A stretch of 64,000 bases of DNA from a virus: positions 1-64,000 of the IMG/VR virus record IMGVR_UViG_3300009103_000017. One strand, written 5' to 3'. Below are positions 1 to 10,529 of this stretch, in pieces (the first letter of the stretch is position 1; every line of letters starts with the position of its first letter). Both the position numbers and the translations under genes were made by a program. Below the pieces are notes generated by a model. The model was not told the origin of the DNA, ran no database searches, and was given only the letters and a program-made list of their open reading frames with translations.

Positions 1-573
1 GCACGAAATATACAAGAAAGAATAAGAAAAATGCTGAAGAACAAGAGCCCCCTCAACGAGGGCGCCCTGACTCAGAAGCTCAACGACTGGCTGAATAAAT
101 CCAGCCCCCAACAAAAACAGGCACTTAATTATGTCATGCAGCGATCACGAGGCCTCTTCGGCGAAGCCGGCTCAATGTTTGTAATTTGGGACTTCTTGCA
201 ACACAACAAGCCCGATCCCGACCAGGTAGTGAACTTCGATAAAGTTAACAAATTTTTCCGAAGCCGCGGCATTAAAGCACCAAAGGACGACCCAAAAACA
301 AGATCAAATGAGGCGATAGAATACGAAAAGGCCGAGAAGGAAAGATTCAGGAAAGCCAAAATCGGCGCCAGCGGCGCCCATTTGAGTAAAGGCTTCGGCA
401 GCACCATAGCCCAAGGCCAAAGAGCTGCGGACATCCAGGCAGCAACAGTTGCTGCAAATGCCTTTGCTGACCAAGTAATACAAAAACTTCACGGTTTGGC
501 GCCCGCCGAAGTCAAATTGGTCTGTGTCAAAATGCTAGATCTCGCCTTGAAAGCGAAGTCGCAAACGACATGA
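1..573 (+). CDS. hypothetical protein, probably 5'-truncated by the window edge
   Basis: Frame is open from position 1 through the ATG at 31 to TGA at 571-573. Confidence 0.6.
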   Translation, partial: ARNIQERIRKMLKNKSPLNEGALTQKLNDWLNKSSPQQKQALNYVMQRSRGLFGEAGSMFVIWDFLQHNKPDPDQVVNFDKVNKFFRSRGIKAPKDDPKTRSNEAIEYEKAEKERFRKAKIGASGAHLSKGFGSTIAQGQRAADIQAATVAANAFADQVIQKLHGLAPAEVKLVCVKMLDLALKAKSQTT

Positions 574-605
574 TGTTGTACAATCTAAAATACGGAGGAG
601 AATAG

Positions 606-1289
606 ATGACATTTGTAAACTTTGCCGATATTTCTAAGGGAAGTAACATGAATATACAAATAGTTCATGTCGCTTCTGGAATCTATGTTGAATTTCCAGC
701 ATTTTTGACAGAATTTTCAGATCAGTTTTCGGTCTCGTGGGGCTCTGAGCAGGTTTATGGCCGCATGGATCCGATTAAACCCTATCAGGGCACACAGAGA
801 ACTTTGAGCGTAGCATTCGATGTTGTTTCTTATAATATTGAAAATGCAAAAGATAATTTCTACAAATACAACAAGTTAATACAGATGTTGTATCCGGTGT
901 ATGATGAGCCCCTTTCGCAAGATGGCAAAAAGGGGAGAACACTGAAGGCGCCCCCAATACTTAGGGTTAAATTTGCAAATTTAATTGCCAATTTTGCTCA
1001 ATCGAGCGCAGATAAGGGACTTCTTGGGTGCATTAGTGGGTTTACTTTTAACCCAAATCGAGAGGCCGGCTTTTTTTTAGAAAAGAACGAAGTTTTGCCG
1101 AAAGTTTTTAATATTAGTTTTAAGTTTGATCCACAACACGAACACACCATTGGGTGGGAGAAAAACAACTTTTTAGCTGATGGGTTCCCATATGGAAGAA
1201 CCGCCACCGCAGCCGGCGAGCAATATGACGCTAAAGTGGGTATTGATGATGTACGCGCAGCCCGAGAAGGAAAGGTAACAGGAGGATAA
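606..1289 (+). CDS. tail tube-like / baseplate tube-initiator protein
   Basis: FSDQFSVSWGSEQVYGRMDPIKPYQGTQRTLSVAF resembles tube-initiator (P2 gpU / T4 gp48-54-like) proteins; GGAGG RBS; followed by a LysM-like gene and a hub-like gene. Confidence 0.55.
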   Translation: MTFVNFADISKGSNMNIQIVHVASGIYVEFPAFLTEFSDQFSVSWGSEQVYGRMDPIKPYQGTQRTLSVAFDVVSYNIENAKDNFYKYNKLIQMLYPVYDEPLSQDGKKGRTLKAPPILRVKFANLIANFAQSSADKGLLGCISGFTFNPNREAGFFLEKNEVLPKVFNISFKFDPQHEHTIGWEKNNFLADGFPYGRTATAAGEQYDAKVGIDDVRAAREGKVTGG

Positions 1290-1292
1290 GCT

Positions 1293-1637
1293 ATGTTGGA
1301 TCGCAATGAACCGAGAGAAATTTTCTTAAATGACCACCCCCTATATAAGAGATTTATAGAATCGCGCGGCCGCAAAAACATTCGTCATTATGGTAAGATT
1401 AAGTTTGGAACCATTTCAAGCGAAGAAATGCGAAACTTAACCATTGTTGATCACATGTGGAAGACTGGCGATTCACTGTTAAAACTATCTTACAAATATT
1501 ATGATGATCAACGCTATTGGTGGATTTTGGGGTGGTTTAATAAAAAACCGATTGACAATTTTTATAAAACTGGTACAATAGTACACATTCCTATGCCACT
1601 AGAGGAGGTTCTTTATTATTTTGGAAGGGAGAGTTAA
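1293..1637 (+). CDS. LysM-like baseplate wedge protein (gp53/gpX-like)
   Basis: HMWKTGDSLLKLSYKYYDDQRYWWILGWFN...GTIVHIP is a LysM-like motif. Confidence 0.7.
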   Translation: MLDRNEPREIFLNDHPLYKRFIESRGRKNIRHYGKIKFGTISSEEMRNLTIVDHMWKTGDSLLKLSYKYYDDQRYWWILGWFNKKPIDNFYKTGTIVHIPMPLEEVLYYFGRES

Positions 1638-4276
1638 TGAGCAGCAAGTTTAATAACCATGCAACCTCTTATAACGAGCAAGCCTTTTTAATGTGGAAGA
1701 AATTTTATCATTTTGGGAGTGCTGCTCTACAAGATCCGGGCCAAGCAAAGATTGGAAATAAATTTGAGGGTGTGAAGATACCTATAAAAGTGGTCAAGGG
1801 GCGCTACGAACCTACTGATGTGGTGTCTCAGCTTGTTAAAAATAAGAAAATAGACGTTTATAAAAACTTTTTAAATCTTGAAACCTATAAGATAAGTTCT
1901 CTTGTTCCTCAAATTAAATTATACAAGATTCAAAATAAAAAATACGTCCCATTTTATTTTCCAACTTCGACGGAATCCAGCAGCATCAAATCACTTCTAT
2001 CGGGCTTTGGCGGCGGCGCCTCCGGTGTAGGGGTGAAAAGTTTTAATGTAAATTTTGTTGGTAGTGACCTGTTTACGAGTGACAAAAATATAAATTGTAG
2101 CTTATCCATATTTGTTGAAAATTTAGATTTAATATTTAAAGATCCGCCAACTGGCCATGCCCGCTTAGCGGACTTGTTTACTATATCAAACCGGCCAGCC
2201 AACTCCGTAAAAGAGGGGGAGAGCAAGGCAGTGGACATCGATCAGGTATACGAACCATCTAATTTCGAAATTGTCGCTGTTATGGGATATTCTGGCCCTG
2301 CTTCAAAAGAGATATTCACCTCTGACGAAATGGCCGCAATTGAGAACACACATATAACACTGAGGATGACACTTACGGATCATTCCATAAATGTAAATCA
2401 GGATGGGACAGCCAGCATAGATATTTCGTATATCGGCCGCATCGCCGGACTTTTGAATGATTCCAAGTACGATGTCATGTCGTCTCCTTTGCATTTGTTT
2501 GAATACACCAAGGTTAAATCTCATATTAATGCGAAAAAAAAAGCGGCAAGCCCCGGTAATCCGAAGGGTAAAAAAGCTGCATCGGAAGCAAGAACACTAA
2601 GGCAAGTAACATTATTACAATTTCAGAAAATAATGACTTATCTTGTGGAAAACAAAAATGATAAAAGAGTGTATCATTATGAAATCTCCGACTTAGATTT
2701 AAACTTATTCAGAAGACAACAGGAGGAATGGGAAGATGAAAGTATAGACGAGGAAAACAAGACTAAGAAGGCCCCGAAGGACAAGAAAGATAAACGTTCC
2801 GAAGCCCAAGGCCGCGGCCGCATGAAAAAAGGTAAAGCTCCATCTGGCAGCATCGGCACCCGCGATTGCCCCGAGAAGAACACCTCTATGAAATCTATCT
2901 CTATAAATTACTTTTACTTAGGGGACATGCTAGAAGCGCTTTTTAAAGTATTGATTAAGAAAATTAAGGATACGGAAACTGGAATTAAACAGATACCTAA
3001 GAGAGAAAAAGCTTTGAAGATTAGAATGCAAAAATACATCACTTCGGCGAAAAAAGAATTAGAAACTTTCATGTTAATATTGACAGATATTCCATTGCGA
3101 ATATCTAATAAAAATATTCAAAAAGTAAATTTAGCAGACCTGCCGGTATCCCTAAGTCTTTGGTCTCGTTTTGTATTTGAGGAGGTGACTCAAACTGGTG
3201 TCTCTAAATATAGTTTGGAGAGATTTTTAAAGGGATTAGTTAACAACCTTATTCCAAATCTTCTTGCCGGCCACTCTTTTAAGGATGCCAAGTTTCTTCA
3301 TTCTTCAACTTCCATCAAGGCGCTAAGCCTAACTGGTGGAAATATAAAGAAAAAGGACGTTAGGGTCACTATAAAAGATCTTCCTAGTTTTCTGATGAGG
3401 ATTCCCTCTAAGAACCTTAAAGATGAAACAGATTACATAGTTATCTATCCAAATATCGATAAAACTTCAGAAGCATCAAAAAAAGGAGACCTCAACAAAG
3501 ACAAAGATAATGGTATATATCATTTTTATTTAGCAAAAGACAGGGGTATGGTTAAAAATATATCTTTTTCTCGTTTCGATGTACCGGGTAAGAAAGAATC
3601 CCTAATGGTCAATTCTGTTAGTTTGTATGATGAGTTGAGAATGCCTTATCACGCTAGTATAGACATGGTTGGTAATAATTTATTCTTCCCGGGCTCAATT
3701 ATATATATCAACACATCCAATATGGGCTTTGGAGATCCTAGGAACAGAAGATCTCCGGCTGCTCGTCTTGGTTTGGGTGGGTATTACCAGGTCCTGTCGG
3801 TATCAACATCCTTTGATCTCACACAAATAAGTACAAACTTGAAAACATCGTATCTTTCTTGGGCAGACGATGCGTTGAGTCTTTTTAGTGAGATGCGGAC
3901 TGAGGGCCACGTATCAGATGCCACAAAGGTAGGCAAAGCGGAAGTCAACCCTTCAAGTGGAAATTCTGCAGATGCACAGGGCCCCCGTCCAGATATCGCA
4001 AGGTCGACTGCAGTCGGTGATGACTTAGGGTTTATCTTTTCTGATGAAAATTTATCAAAAGAGGAGAAGCTTGCGATAAGGAACCTGATAGTGCACGGAG
4101 AGGAGAGTCATTCATACAGAAGGTCGTCTCAAGACCTTCCAGAAAACACTGAGTTGACTTCTGTGAAGAATGACAAAAGCAAGAAGGAGTTTGTCATTCG
4201 ACTCGCGCGAGGAGAAGATATATATATGATTGAGCGCAAAGGTAGAAGCTCTTCCATAAAGAAGAAGTTGGATTAA
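1637..4276 (+). CDS. putative baseplate hub protein
   Basis: C-terminal ASIDMVGNNLFFPGSIIYI...GYYQVLSVSTSF resembles the gp27/gpD hub signature; synteny with the tube-like and LysM genes. Confidence 0.5.
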   Translation: MSSKFNNHATSYNEQAFLMWKKFYHFGSAALQDPGQAKIGNKFEGVKIPIKVVKGRYEPTDVVSQLVKNKKIDVYKNFLNLETYKISSLVPQIKLYKIQNKKYVPFYFPTSTESSSIKSLLSGFGGGASGVGVKSFNVNFVGSDLFTSDKNINCSLSIFVENLDLIFKDPPTGHARLADLFTISNRPANSVKEGESKAVDIDQVYEPSNFEIVAVMGYSGPASKEIFTSDEMAAIENTHITLRMTLTDHSINVNQDGTASIDISYIGRIAGLLNDSKYDVMSSPLHLFEYTKVKSHINAKKKAASPGNPKGKKAASEARTLRQVTLLQFQKIMTYLVENKNDKRVYHYEISDLDLNLFRRQQEEWEDESIDEENKTKKAPKDKKDKRSEAQGRGRMKKGKAPSGSIGTRDCPEKNTSMKSISINYFYLGDMLEALFKVLIKKIKDTETGIKQIPKREKALKIRMQKYITSAKKELETFMLILTDIPLRISNKNIQKVNLADLPVSLSLWSRFVFEEVTQTGVSKYSLERFLKGLVNNLIPNLLAGHSFKDAKFLHSSTSIKALSLTGGNIKKKDVRVTIKDLPSFLMRIPSKNLKDETDYIVIYPNIDKTSEASKKGDLNKDKDNGIYHFYLAKDRGMVKNISFSRFDVPGKKESLMVNSVSLYDELRMPYHASIDMVGNNLFFPGSIIYINTSNMGFGDPRNRRSPAARLGLGGYYQVLSVSTSFDLTQISTNLKTSYLSWADDALSLFSEMRTEGHVSDATKVGKAEVNPSSGNSADAQGPRPDIARSTAVGDDLGFIFSDENLSKEEKLAIRNLIVHGEESHSYRRSSQDLPENTELTSVKNDKSKKEFVIRLARGEDIYMIERKGRSSSIKKKLD

Positions 4277-4291
4277 AAACAGAGAGGTTGT

Positions 4292-5557
4292 GTGATGGTT
4301 GACTATGAGGGGAGAAATTTTTTAAGTTCTGCATATGCCTATAGGCAGAGAAAAAAATACAAAGAGAATGCAACTAGTGATTTACCGGAAGGCAGCACAA
4401 TAGACTTGTGGTATGAAAAGCCAAATTATGGGTTGATAAATCAAGATTTTGAACCAGTGGTTTTATCGGTTGAAAATGACTCTTCGTTAAGGTATTTTGA
4501 AAAAATCTCAGATTCAGTCAAGGCTGCGAATTTTGTAACTGATGCTTTTATAGATTTTCGAAAGGAGTATATGGAATTGATCCAAAATTCACCCATCAAT
4601 ACTCCTCCCTTTGTAGGTGGGGTAACACCCATAAAAGGATACGAGGAATTCGGTTCCAGTTATGCTGCATATATGGAGACGACAATCGACTTTTATGTTG
4701 AAGAACTAAATTTAATGAACCCTGCAGCATCTTATATGGATTTTGAGCAGGCATTTCTTAAGATTGCTGCACCCACGGTGTATAATTTCCCTGTGACTAG
4801 AAGTGGTTTTGTACTTTCACCACATTGCTCTGTTAATGTATCTGGCCTCTATGTAGAGCTTAGTGAATTAGAATATGACGACGATTTTCATAAGGGTAAA
4901 ATTTTAAATTCTTTAGATTTCTTTTGTTTTTTGGAGAATGCCAACAAGTTTGGGTTCGCGATAGATAAAAATGCGCCCTGGAGACTGATAGCGGATTTAT
5001 CATCTCCAGTGATGCAGCAATATATAAAAAATTATGAACCCAACAAAGATTATGATGAGATTTTAGAAAACCTTTACAGAGAGAAAACGCAAGAAGACGA
5101 CTTATATAGCTTGACAAATATGGTTCTTAGTGTGTATAATAGATTTGTTGAAAAAAACCCGATAGCCTTTAGTAAAGTTCACAATCCGACAACAAGCGAA
5201 ACTACAACGATTGGCGAAATTCGAACTGCAGTCAATTTTACCAGAGATGGATTGAATGTGGAATATTGGTTATCTCTCTTATTGAAGGTTAGATTGATGG
5301 AGTTAGGAAAACTAGAACACTTTTCCGAAAAAGAATATAGGGTGCTGGAGGTGCACCGCACGTATGGAATGCCAATATTGGAAAGAAACAACCGCCGCGG
5401 CACGGGAGGTATCCACCGCGACAACACTCCAGAAAATTATTTGAAACCAGCGATAAATGCAATTGGAAAGATATGTTCTGAATATATTAGAGAAATATAC
5501 ACTCGTAACATTGATAGCGACACCAAAACCACACTAGGCGATTATTACGATTTTTAA
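4292..5557 (+). CDS. hypothetical phage protein
   Basis: 421-aa ORF with a GAGG RBS; stop overlaps the next start. Confidence 0.6.
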   Translation: MMVDYEGRNFLSSAYAYRQRKKYKENATSDLPEGSTIDLWYEKPNYGLINQDFEPVVLSVENDSSLRYFEKISDSVKAANFVTDAFIDFRKEYMELIQNSPINTPPFVGGVTPIKGYEEFGSSYAAYMETTIDFYVEELNLMNPAASYMDFEQAFLKIAAPTVYNFPVTRSGFVLSPHCSVNVSGLYVELSELEYDDDFHKGKILNSLDFFCFLENANKFGFAIDKNAPWRLIADLSSPVMQQYIKNYEPNKDYDEILENLYREKTQEDDLYSLTNMVLSVYNRFVEKNPIAFSKVHNPTTSETTTIGEIRTAVNFTRDGLNVEYWLSLLLKVRLMELGKLEHFSEKEYRVLEVHRTYGMPILERNNRRGTGGIHRDNTPENYLKPAINAIGKICSEYIREIYTRNIDSDTKTTLGDYYDF

Positions 5558-6681
5558 TGATATTACAAACAGTAGATTATAAAAACAAATGCAAGGCTCT
5601 CTACAGTTCGGGCCAGCTGTATTTTGATAATTTTGAAGAAATTATTAAAAATTCCAAATATGTTTGGAAACATGCTGATTATTTAAAGCCGGATAGTCAT
5701 GAATACCTCTGTGTTTTACTTCGAGAACATAACATTGGTAAATATAGTGGTGACAGAGAAAGATATGATTCTTCAATGAAGAAAATACAGTCTCATATTA
5801 AGGCCGCTTCGATTGCAAAAATCAATATGGAAGAAGTGTGCTTGTTTGAGTTGGTGCCTGAGTTTGATTTGGTAAATTATTTTTCACTTAGAGAGGAAGC
5901 GTTGGGGAATCTTTTGAAAAAAGTCGATTATCGTGAAGACAGGGAAATATTAAAAAAAGCACATATAGTCGCTTCTGATATTTCTTCTCGCAAAATTAAT
6001 GCACAGAATTCCCTCCCAGAAAGAATTAAATATGATATATTTGGCACCAAGACAGGCAGATTTTCAACAGAAAAAGGCAGTCTACCAATTTTAACGATAA
6101 AGAAGGAAGAAAGAAGGTTTATTGAACCGAATTCAGATCTTTTTTTAGAGTTAGATTTTAACGCTGCTGAGGTGAGAACCTTGCTATCCCTATCGGGCAC
6201 ACCTCAGCCCGAACAGGATGTGCATGCTTGGAACATGACTCAGATGCCACCATGGGTATCTAGAGAGGAAGCAAAAGATAAATTTTTTGCTTGGCTATAT
6301 AATCCCTCTGCCCAAGATGCCGACTTATCTAAATTCTATGATAAGGGTGTTTACAAAAAATATTGGGACGGTAATAAAATTACGACACCTTTCGGCCGCA
6401 GCATTGAGGTGGATGAGAGGAGAGCTTTAAATTATTTGTTGCAATCAACCACTAGTGACTTGGTAGTTGAGGCCGCCTACAAAATCTACTGTTATTTGAA
6501 AGATAAAAAAAGCAAGATTAGTTTCACCATGCATGATTCTATTGTGTTAGATTTTGACAAAAGTGAGCATTTTTTGGTACCTGAGATAAAAAAGGCTTTC
6601 AATAATACACGCCTCGGTCAATTTGTGTCTTCGGCTAGTGTTGGTAAAAATTATGGCACCATGAGGGCACTGGAAATATGA
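5557..6681 (+). CDS. minimal family A DNA polymerase (polymerase domain)
   Basis: TKTGRF; motif A LELDFNAAEVR; motif B REEAKDKFFAWLY; ALNYLLQSTTSD; motif C MHDS. Confidence 0.8.
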   Translation: MILQTVDYKNKCKALYSSGQLYFDNFEEIIKNSKYVWKHADYLKPDSHEYLCVLLREHNIGKYSGDRERYDSSMKKIQSHIKAASIAKINMEEVCLFELVPEFDLVNYFSLREEALGNLLKKVDYREDREILKKAHIVASDISSRKINAQNSLPERIKYDIFGTKTGRFSTEKGSLPILTIKKEERRFIEPNSDLFLELDFNAAEVRTLLSLSGTPQPEQDVHAWNMTQMPPWVSREEAKDKFFAWLYNPSAQDADLSKFYDKGVYKKYWDGNKITTPFGRSIEVDERRALNYLLQSTTSDLVVEAAYKIYCYLKDKKSKISFTMHDSIVLDFDKSEHFLVPEIKKAFNNTRLGQFVSSASVGKNYGTMRALEI

Positions 6682-7529
6682 GAAATTTTCTCGCCATTGG
6701 TACGGCAGCCACAAATGCAGTATCTCACATTAAGAAGTATAGTAAAAAATATCGCATATACAGTATCAGCAACCAAAACGAGAAAAACACTAAATATAAT
6801 TTTAAAATTGAAAAAATTCTTCATCCCGAAGAGTGTGAAAAGAAAAATCTTGATGCTGTTGATAAATTCCTTTCAGGTATAAAGAATAATCTTACTGTGT
6901 TTGTCTCGGGAGCAAGCTTCACCAGTGGGATTACGTTAAGAGCCTTAAAGCCGCTTTACGATAGGGGTGTAAAAATAGATGTTGCATATATTATGCCCGA
7001 ACGTGATATATTGAGCGACACCGCGCTGTTGCAAGAAAACGCAGTAAGGGGAATTTTGCAGGAATATGCTCGCTCTGGTATTTTTGAAAAGATACACTTA
7101 TTTTCGGTTTCTGAAATTGAGACCATGGTCGGGGAGACATCTATTATGGATAGATATTCTGAAATTGATTCTGCGATGATGTCAACCATTTATATGATCG
7201 ATGTACTAAAAGGCATACAACCTGTGTCTAATACAATTTCTAGAGTTGGAGAGTCGTGTCGCATTGGGACACTAGGGATTGTGAATCTCGACACAGGCGA
7301 AGAAAAGATGTTTTTTCCCCTTAAAGAGGAAGTAGAGTTGTTGTATCATTTTGGTATCAACGAGCAAAAATTGAAAACAGAGAAGAATTTATTTCGCAAG
7401 ATCACAGATATAGTAAAATCACGGAAAACTGAAAACAGAAAGATTTCGTTTGCGATATATCCTACTGAATATCCAGACGATTATGTTTACGTCGAATATT
7501 ACACACCTAAAACACAAAATTTTAATTGA
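6678..7529 (+). CDS. tubulin/FtsZ-like (PhuZ-like) protein, divergent
   Basis: N-terminal LAIGTAATNAV resembles GxGxxGxN; VFVSGASFTSG sits where the tubulin signature loop would be; about 280 aa. Confidence 0.5.
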   Translation: MRNFLAIGTAATNAVSHIKKYSKKYRIYSISNQNEKNTKYNFKIEKILHPEECEKKNLDAVDKFLSGIKNNLTVFVSGASFTSGITLRALKPLYDRGVKIDVAYIMPERDILSDTALLQENAVRGILQEYARSGIFEKIHLFSVSEIETMVGETSIMDRYSEIDSAMMSTIYMIDVLKGIQPVSNTISRVGESCRIGTLGIVNLDTGEEKMFFPLKEEVELLYHFGINEQKLKTEKNLFRKITDIVKSRKTENRKISFAIYPTEYPDDYVYVEYYTPKTQNFN

Positions 7530-7554
7530 CAAATAGAAGAATATTTAGTATAGT
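7526..7554 (+). promoter_or_regulatory. sigma70-like promoter
   Basis: TTGACA-17-TATAGT upstream of the SSB gene. Confidence 0.7.
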
Positions 7555-7619
7555 ATTCATAGTTGGTCGCGACATTTGGCGACCTGCTTTAGCCACGATG
7601 CAAAAAAAGGAGATATATT

Positions 7620-8375
7620 ATGGCACTAAATTTAGATAAAATGAAAGCTAAGTTGGAAGCACTTAGCGGAAAGGACTCTTCCAAGAAGCAGTTCTGGCGC
7701 CCAGACGACGGCGAAAGCAACATCAGAATCGTACCGACACCCGACGGCGACCCCTTCAAGCCATTTCATTTTCACTATAACGTAGGGACATCAGGATTCT
7801 TATGTCCAAAAAGAAATTTCGGTGATGACTGCCCTGTTTGCAATTTTGCAAACAAACTTTGGAATGAGGGGACGGAAGAGAGCAAAAGACAAGCCAAAGA
7901 CTTGTTTGCAAAGCAGAGATTCTTTTCGCCAGTACTAGTCAGGGGAGAAGAGAATGAAGGAGTTCGTATTTGGGGCTATGGGAAAATGGCATACGAAAAA
8001 TTACTGACGATTGTGTTAGATCCTGATTATGGGGATATCACAGATGCAGAAGACGGTAATGATCTTAAGATTATGTATGGTAAGCCGCCAGGAGCTTCGT
8101 TTCCTAGAACTGACATTCGCGCGCGCCCACGCAAAACACCCCTTTGTGATGATGCCGTCGGCGGTGACGATAGGTGCGCCGAACTTTTGGATACAATTCC
8201 GAACTTTGATACCCTCTTTGAGAGGAAGACAACCGAAGAAGTGCACTCAATTATGGAGCAGTTTTTAGCTACCGATAATGGTGAAGATGGGCTGGAGAGA
8301 TTTGGTACGAATGATAACACTGAAAATTCAACATCAGCTATTGAAAATGCTTTCAACGACTTGTTGAATTCCTAG
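7620..8375 (+). CDS. single-stranded DNA-binding protein (T4 gp32-like)
   Basis: FWRP...IRIVP...HFHY...CPK...CPVC zinc motif, acidic C-terminal tail, adjacent to UvsX. Confidence 0.8.
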   Translation: MALNLDKMKAKLEALSGKDSSKKQFWRPDDGESNIRIVPTPDGDPFKPFHFHYNVGTSGFLCPKRNFGDDCPVCNFANKLWNEGTEESKRQAKDLFAKQRFFSPVLVRGEENEGVRIWGYGKMAYEKLLTIVLDPDYGDITDAEDGNDLKIMYGKPPGASFPRTDIRARPRKTPLCDDAVGGDDRCAELLDTIPNFDTLFERKTTEEVHSIMEQFLATDNGEDGLERFGTNDNTENSTSAIENAFNDLLNS

Positions 8376-8386
8376 GGGTCGATAAC

Positions 8387-9505
8387 ATGCCAAAAGTTAC
8401 TAAACTCAAGAAAGGTGCCTTAGATCTTGAAGCTGTTAGGGGTATTATTAATAAAAAGGCCGGCCGCCCAGTTGCGCATTCTCTAAAGGATGAAAATCCC
8501 ACAGAAGTAAAGGAATGGATCCCTACGGGGTCTAGGTGGCTTGATTCAATTGTCTGCAAGGGGCAATTGGCAGGCATCCCGGTAGGTAAAATCACAGAGA
8601 TCGCCGGCCTAGAATCTACAGGGAAGTCGTTCATGGCGGCACAAGTAGCTGCGAATGCTCAAAAACAGGGAATCGATGTTGTTTATTTCGATTCTGAATC
8701 AGCGATCGATCCTGACTTTCTGCATCGCGCCGGCTGCGATTTGGAGAGATTAATGTATATCCAAGCTGAATCTGTTGAATTTGTTTTAGAAACAATAGAG
8801 GAACTTTTAAGCACAGGAAACAAGTGGCTTTTTGTATGGGACTCATTAGCATTGACCCCCTCCATATCTGATGTGGAGGGGGATTTTAACCCCCAATCAT
8901 CCATGGCTATGAAGCCTAGAATTTTATCTAAAGGTATGGCAAAGTTAGTGGTACCTATCGCCAACAAACAGGCAACTTTATTGGTTTTAAACCAATTGAA
9001 GACAAACATCACAAGACTTCCCGCCGAAGCCATGGTAACTCCATGGATTACTCCAGGTGGCAAGGCTATGCACTATGCTTATTCGTTACGAATATGGCTG
9101 ACCGGCCGGAAAGCAAAGGCAGCATTTACGTTGGACGAAAATGGATTCAGAATAGGGTCTGAAGTTAAAGCGAGATTAGAGAAGTCTCGCTTTGGAACTC
9201 AAGGGCGCCATTGTGTTTTCAGAATTCTGTGGGGAAATGTTGAGAATATTGGAGTTCAAGATGAGGAAAGTTGGTTTGAAGCAATTCAAATTTCTGACAA
9301 GTTAAAACAATCAGGAGCTTGGTTCTCGCTGGTGCACGAAGATGATACAGAAGAGAAGTTTCAGAGAAAAAATTGGGTAGAAAAGCTAAAAACCGACAAG
9401 TTTCGCAAAAGAGTACTACAGATTATGGATGAGGATGTTATAAAAAAGTTTAGCGACAGAACCGGAAACGCTTCTGCTTACTATGAAGAGGAAGCAGATG
9501 TCTAA
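8387..9505 (+). CDS. uvsX: RecA/UvsX-like recombinase
   Basis: GIPVGKITEIAGLESTGKS Walker A, DSESA, WDSL, NQLK, TPGGKA, KSRF. Confidence 0.92.
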   Translation: MPKVTKLKKGALDLEAVRGIINKKAGRPVAHSLKDENPTEVKEWIPTGSRWLDSIVCKGQLAGIPVGKITEIAGLESTGKSFMAAQVAANAQKQGIDVVYFDSESAIDPDFLHRAGCDLERLMYIQAESVEFVLETIEELLSTGNKWLFVWDSLALTPSISDVEGDFNPQSSMAMKPRILSKGMAKLVVPIANKQATLLVLNQLKTNITRLPAEAMVTPWITPGGKAMHYAYSLRIWLTGRKAKAAFTLDENGFRIGSEVKARLEKSRFGTQGRHCVFRILWGNVENIGVQDEESWFEAIQISDKLKQSGAWFSLVHEDDTEEKFQRKNWVEKLKTDKFRKRVLQIMDEDVIKKFSDRTGNASAYYEEEADV

Positions 9506-10499
9506 AGCACAAGAAGAAGCCCTCCCTCAACCGCGGTTAATGATCATCGATGCACATAATCAATTTTTAAGGTCTTATATTGTTGATCCCAGTATGTCTT
9601 CAAAGGGTTTTCCCATTGGGGGGACCAAGGGGTTTATGAAAATTTTAAATAAACTGACGAGAGAAGTAAAACCAGATCTGCTAGTAGTTGTCTGGGACGG
9701 CGAAGGCGGCTCCGCCAAGCGTAGAAGCAAGCACAAGGGTTACAAAGCAGGTCGCAAGCCCTTGCGTCTCAACCGCGGCGATTTAATGCTTTCAGATCAG
9801 GAGCAGGAGGAAAACAAGATCTGGCAACAGTTGCGCGCAATAGAGTATTTGAATCAAACCCCGGCAATACAATTTATGGAAAGGGGTATGGAGGCAGATG
9901 ATGTTATCTCCTATGTCAGAAGCTTGCCCGCGTTTAGGGAATGGCAAAAAGTGATCGTTTCAAGTGATAAAGATTTTTTTCAATTACTTGATGACAACAC
10001 TGTTTTATACCGACCTACTCAGGGAGAGGTGTTGAACAAAAATAATATTGTAGAAAAGTATGGAATTCATCCAAATAACTTCGCTCTGGCGCGGGCAATT
10101 GCTGGTGATGTTAGTGACAACATTGATGGCCTTAGGGGAGTGGGTTTGAGCACCGTTGCTAAGAGATTTCCATTCTTATGTGAGTCTGAAGGATATTTTG
10201 TAGATTCCCTAATCAACTACAGTGAATCGCAGCTAGAAAATTCTTCATTAAAAATATATAAAACAGTTATAGAAGAGGTCCTGCTCTTAAAAAGAAATTA
10301 TGAGATAATGCAATTATCTAGTCCCTCAATGTCCATACAAACAAAACAACGCATCGACTCGGTGATAGAGAATTATAATCCAGAGTATAACAAGACGGGC
10401 TTATTAACTATGATGCTCAAGGATGGCGTGGGTGAAATCCGCCTAGATTCCTTGGAACAAACTTTTAACAAAATTAAAATTACTTTCCCCCTTTCCTAG
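9483..10499 (+). CDS. 5'-3' exonuclease / flap endonuclease (PolI N-terminal / T4 RNase H-like)
   Basis: IIDAHN, VVWDG, YKAGR, EADDVI, SSDKDF, GDVSDNIDGLRGVG (H3TH). True start is probably ATG 9498. Confidence 0.9.
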   Translation: MKRKQMSKAQEEALPQPRLMIIDAHNQFLRSYIVDPSMSSKGFPIGGTKGFMKILNKLTREVKPDLLVVVWDGEGGSAKRRSKHKGYKAGRKPLRLNRGDLMLSDQEQEENKIWQQLRAIEYLNQTPAIQFMERGMEADDVISYVRSLPAFREWQKVIVSSDKDFFQLLDDNTVLYRPTQGEVLNKNNIVEKYGIHPNNFALARAIAGDVSDNIDGLRGVGLSTVAKRFPFLCESEGYFVDSLINYSESQLENSSLKIYKTVIEEVLLLKRNYEIMQLSSPSMSIQTKQRIDSVIENYNPEYNKTGLLTMMLKDGVGEIRLDSLEQTFNKIKITFPLS

Positions 10500-10529
10500 G
10501 GGAGGAAAGTGTGATAGTATTTAAAAATA

